A DNA stretch of 64,000 bases from an uncultured Candidatus Saccharibacteria bacterium (lineage in GTDB: Bacteria; Patescibacteriota; WWE3; UBA101185; UBA10185). Position numbers and translations under genes: made by a program. The DNA lies in assembly GCA_964510435.1 (NCBI GenBank), contig CAZEBU010000001.1, forward strand, positions 234,503-298,502, read 5' to 3'. This document shows, piece after piece, positions 54,857-63,816 of the stretch. Under the pieces are notes generated by a model. It did no database searches, was not told where the DNA came from, and saw nothing but the letters and a program-made list of their open reading frames with translations. How positions within the stretch are numbered: the stretch's first letter is position 1; every line of letters starts with the position of its first letter.

Positions 54857-55846
54857 CTATTGGAGAGGGATTTCCTTTGTTGCGTACCAAATAGGTTCAT
54901 GTCCAGTATCGACTGTAGGGGATCCTACAATATGTACGAACTGATTTTCCCCACGAATTTCAACTTGCAGTGTTTCTGCAGTCCCTCCGCTAGTGTTCAG
55001 ATCGTCTCTAGATAAACCCAGGATTTCCAGAACACTATCCATTTGATTTGGGGAAATCGAATAATGAGCTAATTTCCCGCCGTCGCTAAATGGGGCACCC
55101 AATAGCGATACTAAGTTTTCAAACATGTTGACCTCCTTCGGTTTTATCCTCAACCACCCAACACTAGCGTGGTATGGGAGTTTGTAGTCGCTGCAGTGAT
55201 CTGGACAATCTTCCCTATCTCTGTAGCGCTTACCCATAATAGGGTAGAGTCCCCAAGGGTTACACACACATTTGCGAAGTTTCTTCTCACCACCACAGTA
55301 GTGGCAAGGATATTCGGCGAACATGTCCAAGTGATCTCCATAAGAGATACCTGAACCCCTGCAGTGTGGGCAAGGCGGTTCATCTTCTCGCCAACGTTCC
55401 AACCACCAGGGAATCCCTTTAATGCGGGTTATTAACCGCTGAGCTGGGTACCTAAAACGGCGATTGAGAAAATATCTCACCTCTCCTTTTACCTTGAACC
55501 AATCGAATCTGTATCTAAGCCTCCACCAGAAAACGGTACGGTCAATTCGCCACAATTTAAGAAGTGACATATCGCTATAACGCTCCTTTACGCTGAACTC
55601 GCCGTTTTCGTACCGTATATAACCCTGGACAGTAGTCTTTGAGCTTTGACTAATTGTCACAAAAGCTCCGGCTCGGTAAGAAACTCCGCCATCGTATCTG
55701 ATTACAAGCTCATCCTCAAGCAACTTCCTGTCTTCTGACGAAAGTCTCAGTTTGTGCAAAGTTCCATCATTGTCGATGAGCACATCTGACTCAAAGTGTA
55801 ACGTTGGACTGCCTTGCATCGGTAAAACTACCTGCACGTCGTACAT
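54857..55846 (-). CDS. Hypothetical protein with DnaJ-type CxxCxGxG zinc-finger repeats
   Basis: CPHCRGSG and CHYCGGEKK motifs. RBS AGGAGG 5 nt upstream of the ATG. Confidence 0.5.
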   Translation of the reverse strand: MYDVQVVLPMQGSPTLHFESDVLIDNDGTLHKLRLSSEDRKLLEDELVIRYDGGVSYRAGAFVTISQSSKTTVQGYIRYENGEFSVKERYSDMSLLKLWRIDRTVFWWRLRYRFDWFKVKGEVRYFLNRRFRYPAQRLITRIKGIPWWLERWREDEPPCPHCRGSGISYGDHLDMFAEYPCHYCGGEKKLRKCVCNPWGLYPIMGKRYRDREDCPDHCSDYKLPYHASVGWLRIKPKEVNMFENLVSLLGAPFSDGGKLAHYSISPNQMDSVLEILGLSRDDLNTSGGTAETLQVEIRGENQFVHIVGSPTVDTGHEPIWYATKEIPLQ

Positions 55847-56016
55847 GTTTTCCTCCTGTTTATTCTATTTTTGTTTGTGGAAAGATAATAAAAGTTTAAT
55901 ACAACTTCTGATCCGACTATCTATCCACTTAAGGAATCCAGATTGTCTTAGGGGATTATAACACCAGTTTAACAGCACGTCAACACTATAGGAGAGTAGC
56001 ATACCGTAATTACAAG

Positions 56017-56262
56017 CTACGAAGTATTACTGTTTTTTTCACCTTCTACTTTGCATGTATTAATACCTAGAAGATGATTAACCGGACAATATCCAACAAT
56101 TGCCGTAATCAACCCAATTACCGTTATTAAATAAAACCAAGGACTGACCGTAAAACCAAGATATGCCCCAACACCAGCAGCAAGTATCCTAATTATTTTC
56201 TCAGTTGACCCAACATTGCATTTCATATCGCTTATTATATTCACATTTAGGCACACGTACAA
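56017..56262 (-). CDS. DUF2892 (YgaP-like) small membrane protein
   Basis: RILAAGVGAYLGF...GYCPVNHLLGINTC pattern typical of DUF2892. Confidence 0.5.
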   Translation of the reverse strand: MYVCLNVNIISDMKCNVGSTEKIIRILAAGVGAYLGFTVSPWFYLITVIGLITAIVGYCPVNHLLGINTCKVEGEKNSNTS

Positions 56263-56352
56263 GAGGTAAAGTGGTCTTGAGTAAGTTCGAAGCTAACAAA
56301 AAGACAAAAGGCGTCTGGTGTCGCTACGAAGCAAACAAAAGACGCCCAATTG

Positions 56353-57192
56353 TTAGAGATGTTCTATTGCCTTTTCAATATGCCGGTAGGTGCCCTTGAA
56401 GTTATTTTCCGTAAGGCACTCCTGCGCTCTTTTTATATGATATCGAGCCCACCGAGCATAATGAGCAAAAGGCTTGTTTTCAAGCAGGTGCTCAAGAGTT
56501 TTGTAGTGCAGACCTAGTGAATTTCCCAAACCTTTGGATGTTCCGTTGATCTTAGTCTCACCACTTACAGGCACGAAGTCTAAAAGAATTTCCAAGGCCC
56601 CTCTAACATGGCTTTGGACTTTATTTAGCCTATCCAATCTGGACTCTACCGCTTTTTCCCGACCAGCTAGATGGGTGCTGATAGCATCAATTTTTTCTAT
56701 GCGATCAAGAACCACGCCCGTCAAAGCTGTCTGCTCAACTGCCTTCAAAGGTTCCTGAGAACTTGCTTTCTCGAGCATCTTCCAAAGCCTGCTTGTCTCC
56801 CTTAAGTATTTTGGTTGAGTGTGCTCTGCAAGCTGTCTCTGCAAAGCAGAGAGATCATCAAGCTGTTGGTAGATAAGCAGTCTGAAGTCATCCTCACTTA
56901 GACGAACAATTCCCAAAGTGTATAGTTTCTCTCTCCTCAGCTTTCTAAGTTTAGAAACAGAGATTGGGTAGTTTGCCGGTAGGGGAATCCACCTGGGGTT
57001 GAGATAAGTTTTGTTTAGTCGAACTCGTGCGTGCCTTTTCTTTCCCCTCTGTTTCCAAGTAAGCCTGATCCTACCCTTAATAACAAGAAGCATCCTTGTT
57101 CCGGGAACTCTCTTCACTTCCAACGAGCCCTCTCTTATGCCCTTCCAAACTCTTTCCCACGTAAGTGACGGTGTATCTTTCCTTCGAGCCAT
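56353..57192 (-). CDS. Hypothetical basic protein
   Basis: RBS GGGAGAAAAGGA upstream. Promoter inside repeat copy 3 upstream. Confidence 0.5.
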   Translation of the reverse strand: MARRKDTPSLTWERVWKGIREGSLEVKRVPGTRMLLVIKGRIRLTWKQRGKKRHARVRLNKTYLNPRWIPLPANYPISVSKLRKLRREKLYTLGIVRLSEDDFRLLIYQQLDDLSALQRQLAEHTQPKYLRETSRLWKMLEKASSQEPLKAVEQTALTGVVLDRIEKIDAISTHLAGREKAVESRLDRLNKVQSHVRGALEILLDFVPVSGETKINGTSKGLGNSLGLHYKTLEHLLENKPFAHYARWARYHIKRAQECLTENNFKGTYRHIEKAIEHL

Positions 57193-57234
57193 GTCCTTTT
57201 CTCCCTACTAATATGTGTATGTAAGTTAGTATGT

Positions 57235-57263
57235 ATTATATGATGTCTTTGATTGGGAATCAA
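57235..57263 (-). promoter_or_regulatory. Sigma-70-like promoter (TTGATT-17-TATAAT) adjacent to repeat copy 3, driving the 56353..57192 gene
   Basis: On the minus strand: TTGATT, a 17-nt spacer, then TATAAT. Lies about 36 nt upstream of the start codon. Confidence 0.45.
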
Positions 57264-57282
57264 AGCTACAGGTTTGCTGGGG

Positions 57283-57340
57283 GTGGATTTTTGTGTGGAA
57301 AAAAAGAAGGACACCTTAGTATATGAATAAGGTGCCCTTA
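57283..57340 (-). repeat. Copy 3 of the conserved terminator-containing module (divergent hairpin sequence, conserved flank)
   Basis: GTGGATTTTTGTGTGGAAAAAAAGAAGGACACCTTAGTATATGAATAAGGTGCCCTT. The flank is identical to copy 4, and the hairpin arms carry compensatory changes. Confidence 0.55.
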
Positions 57341-57352
57341 TGGTAGAGCTCA

Positions 57353-57658
57353 CTAAGAAACTTGAACTACATCACCAAGAACCTGCAAATCCTCCATGAG
57401 TTCTTCGAAAGATCCCTGGTAGTGCCTCATGTTTGGTACCGTGCTTGTACCGTCTCCCCAGGGTCCTACTTGGCTGATCTCGTCAACCTGGTGTACCAAG
57501 CCGTTTTCTCCCACGTGAATAGTAAGGGGAGTTGTTTCGGCATCGTCCTCTCTAGGTAGAAGAACTGAGATAGCACTACTTCCTGAGAATCTCCTATTCG
57601 CATCAAAAGCCAAGAAACTTCTTGTTGCATAAACATTAATTGCAACCTTTGAGTTCAT
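57353..57658 (-). CDS. Hypothetical protein (start at the internal Met with RBS AAGGAGAGG; the ORF track extends to 57724)
   Basis: RBS AAGGAGAGG 4 nt upstream of ATG AAC TCA. Confidence 0.45.
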   Translation of the reverse strand: MNSKVAINVYATRSFLAFDANRRFSGSSAISVLLPREDDAETTPLTIHVGENGLVHQVDEISQVGPWGDGTSTVPNMRHYQGSFEELMEDLQVLGDVVQVS

Positions 57659-57862
57659 AACCTCTCCTTTTATATTTTGTTTAAGGCTGTTGGTTATTTT
57701 AAGTGAAAATACTATAGATGTCAATCCTATAGGATAGTGGCTTTCTACAAAGAACTTTACCCGAAGTTTATTATTTCACTTATTTAAAAGCACTCTCTAT
57801 GTAATATTTATTCTATTTGGTAAAATACCCTGATGTATTAATTTTTGGTGCTTTACTAGGAG

Positions 57863-58111
57863 GTGTCGCATATGAAAACAATGACATGCAATCAGCTAGG
57901 TGGTGCTTGTGATCATAAAATTATAGGCGAAACATTTGACGAAATGGCTAAAAAAGCCCAAGAACATGGTATGGAAATGGCTGCCAATGGAGATGAAGCT
58001 CATATAAAGGTTATGGAAGCTATGAAAGAAAGTATGAATGATCCGGAAGCAATGAAGGAATGGGTGGAACAAAGGAAAAAAGAGTTTGACGCTTTACCGG
58101 AAGATGAATAG
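57863..58111 (+). CDS. DUF1059 family small protein
   Basis: MKTMTCNQLGGACDHKIIGETFDE matches the DUF1059 N-terminal pattern (CxxLGGxCD). RBS AGGAGG. Confidence 0.55.
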   Translation: MSHMKTMTCNQLGGACDHKIIGETFDEMAKKAQEHGMEMAANGDEAHIKVMEAMKESMNDPEAMKEWVEQRKKEFDALPEDE

Positions 58112-58180
58112 ATAGGTTTATTGGCTTTTCATTCTAACCTAAAAGAAATTGTTATGCTATCGCCAATAGAGATGTTTTCC

Positions 58181-58384
58181 TTAAAGAAAGTTACCACCTT
58201 TTTTAATCATAAGCTTGGTTTTCCAAGAAGTTTTTCCAACATTCGCTGTTATAGGATATCTTCCCCAGGTTTTTCTGTCTATTTTTAAACTTTCACTGTA
58301 TTTTCCAGGTACGCTAACATAAAACCAACCGCTTTCTCCTGGAAATTTCTCCACGGTACCTTCAAATGAAATGTCCCAACTCAC
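58181..58384 (-). CDS. Small beta-rich hypothetical protein, possibly DUF1905-like
   Basis: 67 aa. The assignment is weak. Confidence 0.3.
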   Translation of the reverse strand: MSWDISFEGTVEKFPGESGWFYVSVPGKYSESLKIDRKTWGRYPITANVGKTSWKTKLMIKKGGNFL

Positions 58385-58561
58385 TACACAATTCTATCAA
58401 AGCTGGCTCTACATAGCTGAGGATGTTCGAACTAGTTTTAATCCCCGGATCCCATCTAACTAATGCTGATATCTAAAAGCTTTTGCTTAATTAGCTTATC
58501 CTGAACCTGAAAGTCGGGTGCAAAAGATACTTTTATGGCTGGAAGTAGTTCTTTTTGTTCT

Positions 58562-58843
58562 TTAGTTAGTATGTTTGGATGCATTTGCATTCGAGAAGTA
58601 TAAATCAAAATAATATTTTGCTCTTGGTCTGATGTTGACTCTTGAATTGTTTGTTAATGATTCATAGAGTTCCTTTGTTTTGCCAAAGCCTAATTCACTA
58701 ATAGTTTCCTGCACCTGTTTCCAAGTACCGTAGTTTAGAACGTGTTCCAAAATGCTTCTGTTACTTAAGTTAGCATTGTTTTTTGTATACCAAACAAGGG
58801 AAGGGTCTTGGCGAATAATTTTACTTAGGTTTGGGTTGCTCAT
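58562..58843 (-). CDS. Hypothetical protein
   Basis: 93 aa. A putative promoter lies just upstream, following repeat copy 4. Confidence 0.4.
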   Translation of the reverse strand: MSNPNLSKIIRQDPSLVWYTKNNANLSNRSILEHVLNYGTWKQVQETISELGFGKTKELYESLTNNSRVNIRPRAKYYFDLYFSNANASKHTN

Positions 58844-58947
58844 GCATCCATTATGTCACCTGTGTTAGTAGTAAATTGGCTCCCCCTCAACAGTGTTTCT
58901 ATGCACCGAGGGTGAATACTAGCACAGCTTACTTGAACTATTAAAGA

Positions 58948-59010
58948 GTGGATTTTTGTGTAGAAAAAAGAACCGCCATAAAGTGTGCATGTGAGCAAAA
59001 TTATGGCGGT
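58948..59010 (-). repeat. Copy 4 of the conserved terminator-containing module
   Basis: GTGGATTTTTGTGTAGAAAAAAGAACCGCCATAAAGTGTGCATGTGAGCAAAATTATGGCGGT. On the minus strand a 9-bp perfect stem is followed by TCTTTTTTCTACACAAAAATCCAC. Confidence 0.6.
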
Positions 59011-59052
59011 AAAGACCAATATATAGTAATGGATAAAGGTGCTGGAAACCAT

Positions 59053-59493
59053 TTAGAGAGGAAGCTGGTTTTTAGAACCTTTGTCTGCTCGCATTGCATA
59101 ACCCATACCACCTTCCCAAGCACTTACGAAGAGAGGAATAAGGGTGATGATCATCTTGGTAGCTAAATGCAGGAGCTCAATTTCATCTGATTCACTTTCT
59201 ATGGTAATTGTTTCGCCAAGAAAAGGATCTATAGACACTATCCCACACAGCTTTGTGCAGGCCAAACCTGCTGAGATGATTAGAGTTTCTCCTGAAAGCA
59301 ATTCCAATTTTTGGAACTGTTCAAATAGAGAGTGTGTCCACTGATCATAATAATCTTCTAGGCTACCATCCTCTATTTGAGTGAGATACATTTCATCAAT
59401 CCTTGAATCCTCAATCTTTTTATACTCCTCATAACGCACAAAACGCAGTATCACTCCCACAGAGTGATTACATTCTTCGATTGATGTGCTCAT
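59053..59493 (-). CDS. Hypothetical acidic protein
   Basis: 146 aa with no recognisable motifs. Confidence 0.45.
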   Translation of the reverse strand: MSTSIEECNHSVGVILRFVRYEEYKKIEDSRIDEMYLTQIEDGSLEDYYDQWTHSLFEQFQKLELLSGETLIISAGLACTKLCGIVSIDPFLGETITIESESDEIELLHLATKMIITLIPLFVSAWEGGMGYAMRADKGSKNQLPL

Positions 59494-59651
59494 TTCATCA
59501 TTCCCTTTCTGTTTGCTTGGTCTAATTATTTGATGTCACTGATTATTATAAGGCAGGGTGAAAAACCAGTCAACACTATAGGGCTCTTGCGTAATTACTC
59601 ATACAGAACTTTATCCGAGATCTACTAGAATTTTTAGTATAATTTAAATAA

Positions 59652-60011
59652 ATGGACAACATTATTAAAGTATTGAAAGTTATCTTCTTGATTGTTGGTG
59701 TTATTGTTGGTTTAGCAGCTTTGTTTCTTATTTATTTTGTGTTTATGGGGATTAAATCTGGCGATTTGGCTGGTTATGTACAAAAAACTGCTATAGAAAA
59801 TGTGGTCGATGAGAATAATCTTAGTCCCGTTCAAAAACAAATGCTTGAGTCAGGTGATATAGATGGCTTGGTTGAGGATTTACAAGAAAATGTAACTCAA
59901 GAGCAAATTGATTGTGCTACGCGAGCTGTAGGGGAGAAAAGAGCTCGAGAATTGATGGTAACCCAGGATCCTTCCCCTCAAGAACTTTTGATTCTTTCCA
60001 AATGTTTATAG
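59652..60011 (+). CDS. Small membrane-anchored hypothetical protein
   Basis: N-terminal TM helix followed by an acidic soluble region. Confidence 0.4.
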   Translation: MDNIIKVLKVIFLIVGVIVGLAALFLIYFVFMGIKSGDLAGYVQKTAIENVVDENNLSPVQKQMLESGDIDGLVEDLQENVTQEQIDCATRAVGEKRARELMVTQDPSPQELLILSKCL

Positions 60012-60108
60012 TCTGAAGATGTTATAGCAGAAAAATCACTGGCTCCCCGTAATAGAAGAAATCAGGACCTGTGTTGTTCAAGGGGGGCGGTAGGGAACTT
60101 TTCAATGT

Positions 60109-60753
60109 CTATGTTTGCCACTTTTTTGGATCTACAGGGGGCTTTTTTTCTTTGTTGTAGTATTCAAATTGCTTCTTATTTAGTGGGTACCATTCGTCAT
60201 GAGGGTATCGTCTGAAAAATTGCGCAATGCTCTCCCTAAAGTGTTCTGTGGCCTCGTCATTTAGTTCACCTTTTCTCAACTTAACTATATTTTTTTCTAA
60301 AAGTGAGCGTCTAATTTGGATAACCATGTGAAAGTTTACTGCCATGTTTTTTGTAAATCCCAAAGTATCATCTTCTGGTAGGTAGAACCATTTAGAATTT
60401 GCTTTAGATTCTTGTGTAATCATATTAACCCACCATTTAGTTATGTTGGCTTTCTTGTCGTGCGAGGGTTTTTGTCCTACAACCTCTATGAAATCGTTTA
60501 TAACGAAAAGAGAAAGTATAGGTACCCGAGAAGCATCACAGTTTTGAGATGCAACTATTGCCCATGTTGCAGTAACAGGTACTAATACAGTATGGTCTAC
60601 TGTATGATTCAAATCTACCCATTTACTTTCTACTGCCCCTCCATCTTCTTTTATAACAGGTAATCTTTCAGTATCTACTGTAGGATAAGGTACTGGATAG
60701 AAAATATCCCCTTGTTCTATTGGTTTATCATTTTCGGGGAACTCATAAATCAT
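60109..60753 (-). CDS. Hypothetical protein, third gene of a tightly overlapping three-gene operon
   Basis: Its start overlaps the stop of the upstream gene by 11 nt. Confidence 0.5.
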   Translation of the reverse strand: MIYEFPENDKPIEQGDIFYPVPYPTVDTERLPVIKEDGGAVESKWVDLNHTVDHTVLVPVTATWAIVASQNCDASRVPILSLFVINDFIEVVGQKPSHDKKANITKWWVNMITQESKANSKWFYLPEDDTLGFTKNMAVNFHMVIQIRRSLLEKNIVKLRKGELNDEATEHFRESIAQFFRRYPHDEWYPLNKKQFEYYNKEKKPPVDPKKWQT

Positions 60754-61285
60754 CGATATCTGGACTTAAATAATTTTCAAATTCAGCTTCATTTTTAACA
60801 TAATCCTGCCACTCTCTTTTTAGTTCGTGAAGCGATTCCATTGCAATCTTATATGCTTCCTTTGTTGTGACAGCTTTTCCAGTTTGTTTTAACACCGACG
60901 GACTGACTGATGGTGAAACTGATGCCCGCTCTAATGTATCAACCACATAATAACTTTCAGCATTTGCTGATGGTGAAACTGATGCAGAAGGAGAGACAGC
61001 CACACTTTCTGAAATATCCAATGCCGATAGTGTTGGGCCGGTACTAACCAACGAAGGACCAAAACCTTTTAATGAAGATAAACCAAATGTTATACGCCTT
61101 GTTTTAGGAATGTATGCTAATTCGCTGGTTGTTGCAAGTGCTGCGTTTGGGTATTGAGTATCTCTAATCGATTGCAAAGTATCGGGGAATGTCTCCCAGG
61201 AGCCTGCACGGGCATAATTTTCAGGTATTTGATCTGTCTCTGTTAGTATTGCTGTGCCTACTCTGGGTTTAGTTTTAACTCTCAT
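60743..61285 (-). CDS. Hypothetical protein with Ser/Pro/Val low-complexity repeats, middle gene of the operon
   Basis: SVAVSPSASVSPSA...SVSPSVSPSV repeats. The DNA repeat CTGATGGTGAAACTGATGC occurs twice. There is a 4-nt ATGA overlap with the upstream gene. Confidence 0.5.
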   Translation of the reverse strand: MRVKTKPRVGTAILTETDQIPENYARAGSWETFPDTLQSIRDTQYPNAALATTSELAYIPKTRRITFGLSSLKGFGPSLVSTGPTLSALDISESVAVSPSASVSPSANAESYYVVDTLERASVSPSVSPSVLKQTGKAVTTKEAYKIAMESLHELKREWQDYVKNEAEFENYLSPDIDDL

Positions 61286-62070
61286 AGTTCAACTCCAATC
61301 AACGATTTGTAACACTCTGTGGCGACATTGTTGGCATCATCTAACCAACTGTTAAAGGAATCTATATCCAAAGGTCCACCTATTTCTTTATTAATCACTA
61401 TGTCCCATATCAATGCAGGTTTACCTGATTTTCGACCTTTCTTGATGGATGTTTTTAAACTTGTACCATCCTTTATTAAGGGGTACCCAAATCCAAACTC
61501 AAAACCATTTGGATTGCTGCCAAAAACTTTTTCGTCATGAAGTTGCTCTGGTAAGTTAATGTCGATGTCCATGGTTTTGTTTAGAAAACTAAAAACATTC
61601 TTTTGTTCAAAATTGAATGGAAATGCGTTTATATATCTGATCGTGATATTTGCTATTTTGAGCTGTGAAGTATCAGGATGGATTTGAAGAAACTTTTCAT
61701 ATCCATCTGTTATTCCCTTTCTAAATGTTGCCCACTTGTAAGAATCCCCTTCATTGTAAGTAAATAAACCAGGACCCAATTGAACCAATGGCCACCCATT
61801 CTTTACTTTTCTCCACCTGTATTGAACGAATCCTGCAACAACGCTTTCAGGGGCAGATGCAGCCATTTGGGGTTCATCTACAGGGTAATCCTTTTTAAAC
61901 GCATCAAATGCTCTGCCAACAAGTATCCTGTAATGTGGATCCACGAACATACCAGATTGGTCTCCTGTTTTTGATTGCCATCTTATCTCTGCGATCGCTT
62001 CTATTAGTGGGCGTTTTTTATTTTTGGCAGGAGGATTTTTTTTAGCTTTATTCATATCTGCCATATACAA
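61282..62070 (-). CDS. Hypothetical protein, first gene of the operon (the ORF track start is TTG; ATG at 62064 or 62055 is more likely)
   Basis: 262 aa and Lys-rich N-terminus. No confident family assignment. Confidence 0.5.
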   Translation of the reverse strand: MYMADMNKAKKNPPAKNKKRPLIEAIAEIRWQSKTGDQSGMFVDPHYRILVGRAFDAFKKDYPVDEPQMAASAPESVVAGFVQYRWRKVKNGWPLVQLGPGLFTYNEGDSYKWATFRKGITDGYEKFLQIHPDTSQLKIANITIRYINAFPFNFEQKNVFSFLNKTMDIDINLPEQLHDEKVFGSNPNGFEFGFGYPLIKDGTSLKTSIKKGRKSGKPALIWDIVINKEIGGPLDIDSFNSWLDDANNVATECYKSLIGVEL

Positions 62071-62212
62071 TTCATATTATACACAATGGAACAATTAGGA
62101 ATAAACATATTTGGTGCTTTAACCTTTATAGAGGTTAAAACCAGAGATTTAGTATTCTGGTTTTTCCCACCAAATCCTAATGATTTCGGCAATTTTATGT
62201 TATGAATAATGT

Positions 62213-62815
62213 ATGGGAAGATACTATTTTTCTACAAAACAAGAGGCTGATAGTTTGAAAAAGATAGAGATAAGTTGGTTGAGAAAACTCGGCTTCTTAA
62301 GCGGTTGGAATGAGGGCACTATTAGGTGGACAAAAAATGGAATAGAAACAGGTAACGCCGGGGTGCAGGTAGTTACCCATACCGAGGGAAAAGAGCATGT
62401 AAGATTTCTATATAACTTAACTGACTCAAGTGGAGAACAGTCGTCTTATGACTATAAACACCGATTAACAACAACGTCTTGTAATTACGGAGGAGCCAGG
62501 TACTGGTTTATATGTGGTTTGTATACCAATGGTAAATACTGTGGAAGACGTGTCGGCGTTTTGTATATGGGTGAAAAGTACTTTGGCTGCAGGCATTGTT
62601 TGAATCTTACATACAGTTCTCGTAACGAAAATAGAAGAAGTGAGTTTTACCCATTAGTAAGGAATAGGAAACAACGTGAAAGAGCGGATAAAATAAGAAT
62701 TAAGTACTATAAGGGAAACCTCACTAAAAGGTATCGGCGGTTGCTCGATAAGGGAGGTTTTTTAAGTGAAGAAAGCGAGTACCAAATGTTTCGGGAACTT
62801 GTAACTAGGCTCTGA
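62213..62815 (+). CDS. Hypothetical basic protein with a Cys-rich zinc-ribbon-like region
   Basis: CNYGG...FICG...CGRR...FGCRHC Cys/His cluster. Arg/Lys-rich C-terminus. Confidence 0.45.
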   Translation: MGRYYFSTKQEADSLKKIEISWLRKLGFLSGWNEGTIRWTKNGIETGNAGVQVVTHTEGKEHVRFLYNLTDSSGEQSSYDYKHRLTTTSCNYGGARYWFICGLYTNGKYCGRRVGVLYMGEKYFGCRHCLNLTYSSRNENRRSEFYPLVRNRKQRERADKIRIKYYKGNLTKRYRRLLDKGGFLSEESEYQMFRELVTRL

Positions 62816-62823
62816 CAGTCATA

Positions 62824-63816
62824 TTACTTGCTATTCTGCTCCTGTGACTCTTGTATCTTTTTCTGGGACTTTTCCATGGCCTTTCGGTACTTCTGAACCG
62901 CCGCCCAGGCTTCCTTCGACACCTGTTCCGTGGACTTGCCCCTTGTCGATATTAATGCTACTAATCGCTTCATTGGCGTATTCTGGTTTTTCTTATTCGG
63001 TTCATAATTAGGTAAAAACACCACCTCTGATTTTTGGTCCTTCTTTTCTGTATCTAGGGATTTTTCTACAGACTCCTGGACTTCCTTTTTCAATTGCTCT
63101 GGAGATTTATTCTCTGCTTTATTTGATTCATATTTAGGAAAAAAAGCTACATTTGCTTTTACTGCCTTCTGATCCGGTGACGGGTGTTTGGGATAAGAGA
63201 TGCCAAGGGTAGATTTGTACCATTGAAAATCAAACTCCTTTCCCAGAAATAAGTAGTTTAATGCTTCACGAATTATATTAAGGATAATAAATGCGCCACC
63301 AATTACGAGTACAAGCCATAGTAACGAGTCATCCCAGCTTCCTTGTATTTTTTCAACTATGTTAATACTAAATTTATAAGAATAGTCACCTTTTGCTGCC
63401 ATAGATTCTACTGTTGGTTTTTCGATTCCATAATTAGGTAGTTCATCGTACTTGGCGACAATTTGCCAATCTGAATTTGGGTTTTCGTTTTCCAAGTAAT
63501 AGGTTTTATTTTTCAAGCAAAACTCATTTCCCTTATCAAAATCATAGTTACCTAATGGTATTTCGTCTAATGATCCGTACATTTGCACAGTTGCAAGAGA
63601 ATAACTTTTACCATTTGTGACACACGTTATTGTGCTTTTCTCTCTATCAACTGTAGGTATAGGACGAGATTCCCATGCACCAAGCACTGCTATTAGAATT
63701 GCCGTTAAGAGAAATAGATAATAAGCAACCTTAACCAATCTATAAAGAAACCTATTTTCATAATCATTATTTATATTCATAAGAACAAAGAAGGGATACC
63801 CCTCTGTAACCATCAA
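62824..63816 (-). CDS. Hypothetical membrane protein (two TM segments, Lys/Glu-rich C-terminus)
   Basis: Hydrophobic segments YYLFLLTAILIAVLGAW and LWLVLVIGGAFIILNII. Confidence 0.45.
   Translation of the reverse strand: MMVTEGYPFFVLMNINNDYENRFLYRLVKVAYYLFLLTAILIAVLGAWESRPIPTVDREKSTITCVTNGKSYSLATVQMYGSLDEIPLGNYDFDKGNEFCLKNKTYYLENENPNSDWQIVAKYDELPNYGIEKPTVESMAAKGDYSYKFSINIVEKIQGSWDDSLLWLVLVIGGAFIILNIIREALNYLFLGKEFDFQWYKSTLGISYPKHPSPDQKAVKANVAFFPKYESNKAENKSPEQLKKEVQESVEKSLDTEKKDQKSEVVFLPNYEPNKKNQNTPMKRLVALISTRGKSTEQVSKEAWAAVQKYRKAMEKSQKKIQESQEQNSK

Noticed and set aside
58181-58843. Split DUF1905 + YdeI/OmpD-associated two-domain protein (pseudogene)
   Set aside because: The family assignments for both ORFs are weak. 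The domain order on the minus strand would be reversed relative to the usual fusion. There is not enough support to call a disrupted gene.
52594-59010. Integron attC-like recombination sites as an explanation for the four repeat copies
   Set aside because: No integron integrase or attI is in the window. The conserved parts behave as an intrinsic terminator plus sigma-70-like promoter rather than as R''/L''–L'/R' core sites. They are reported as a repeat module instead.
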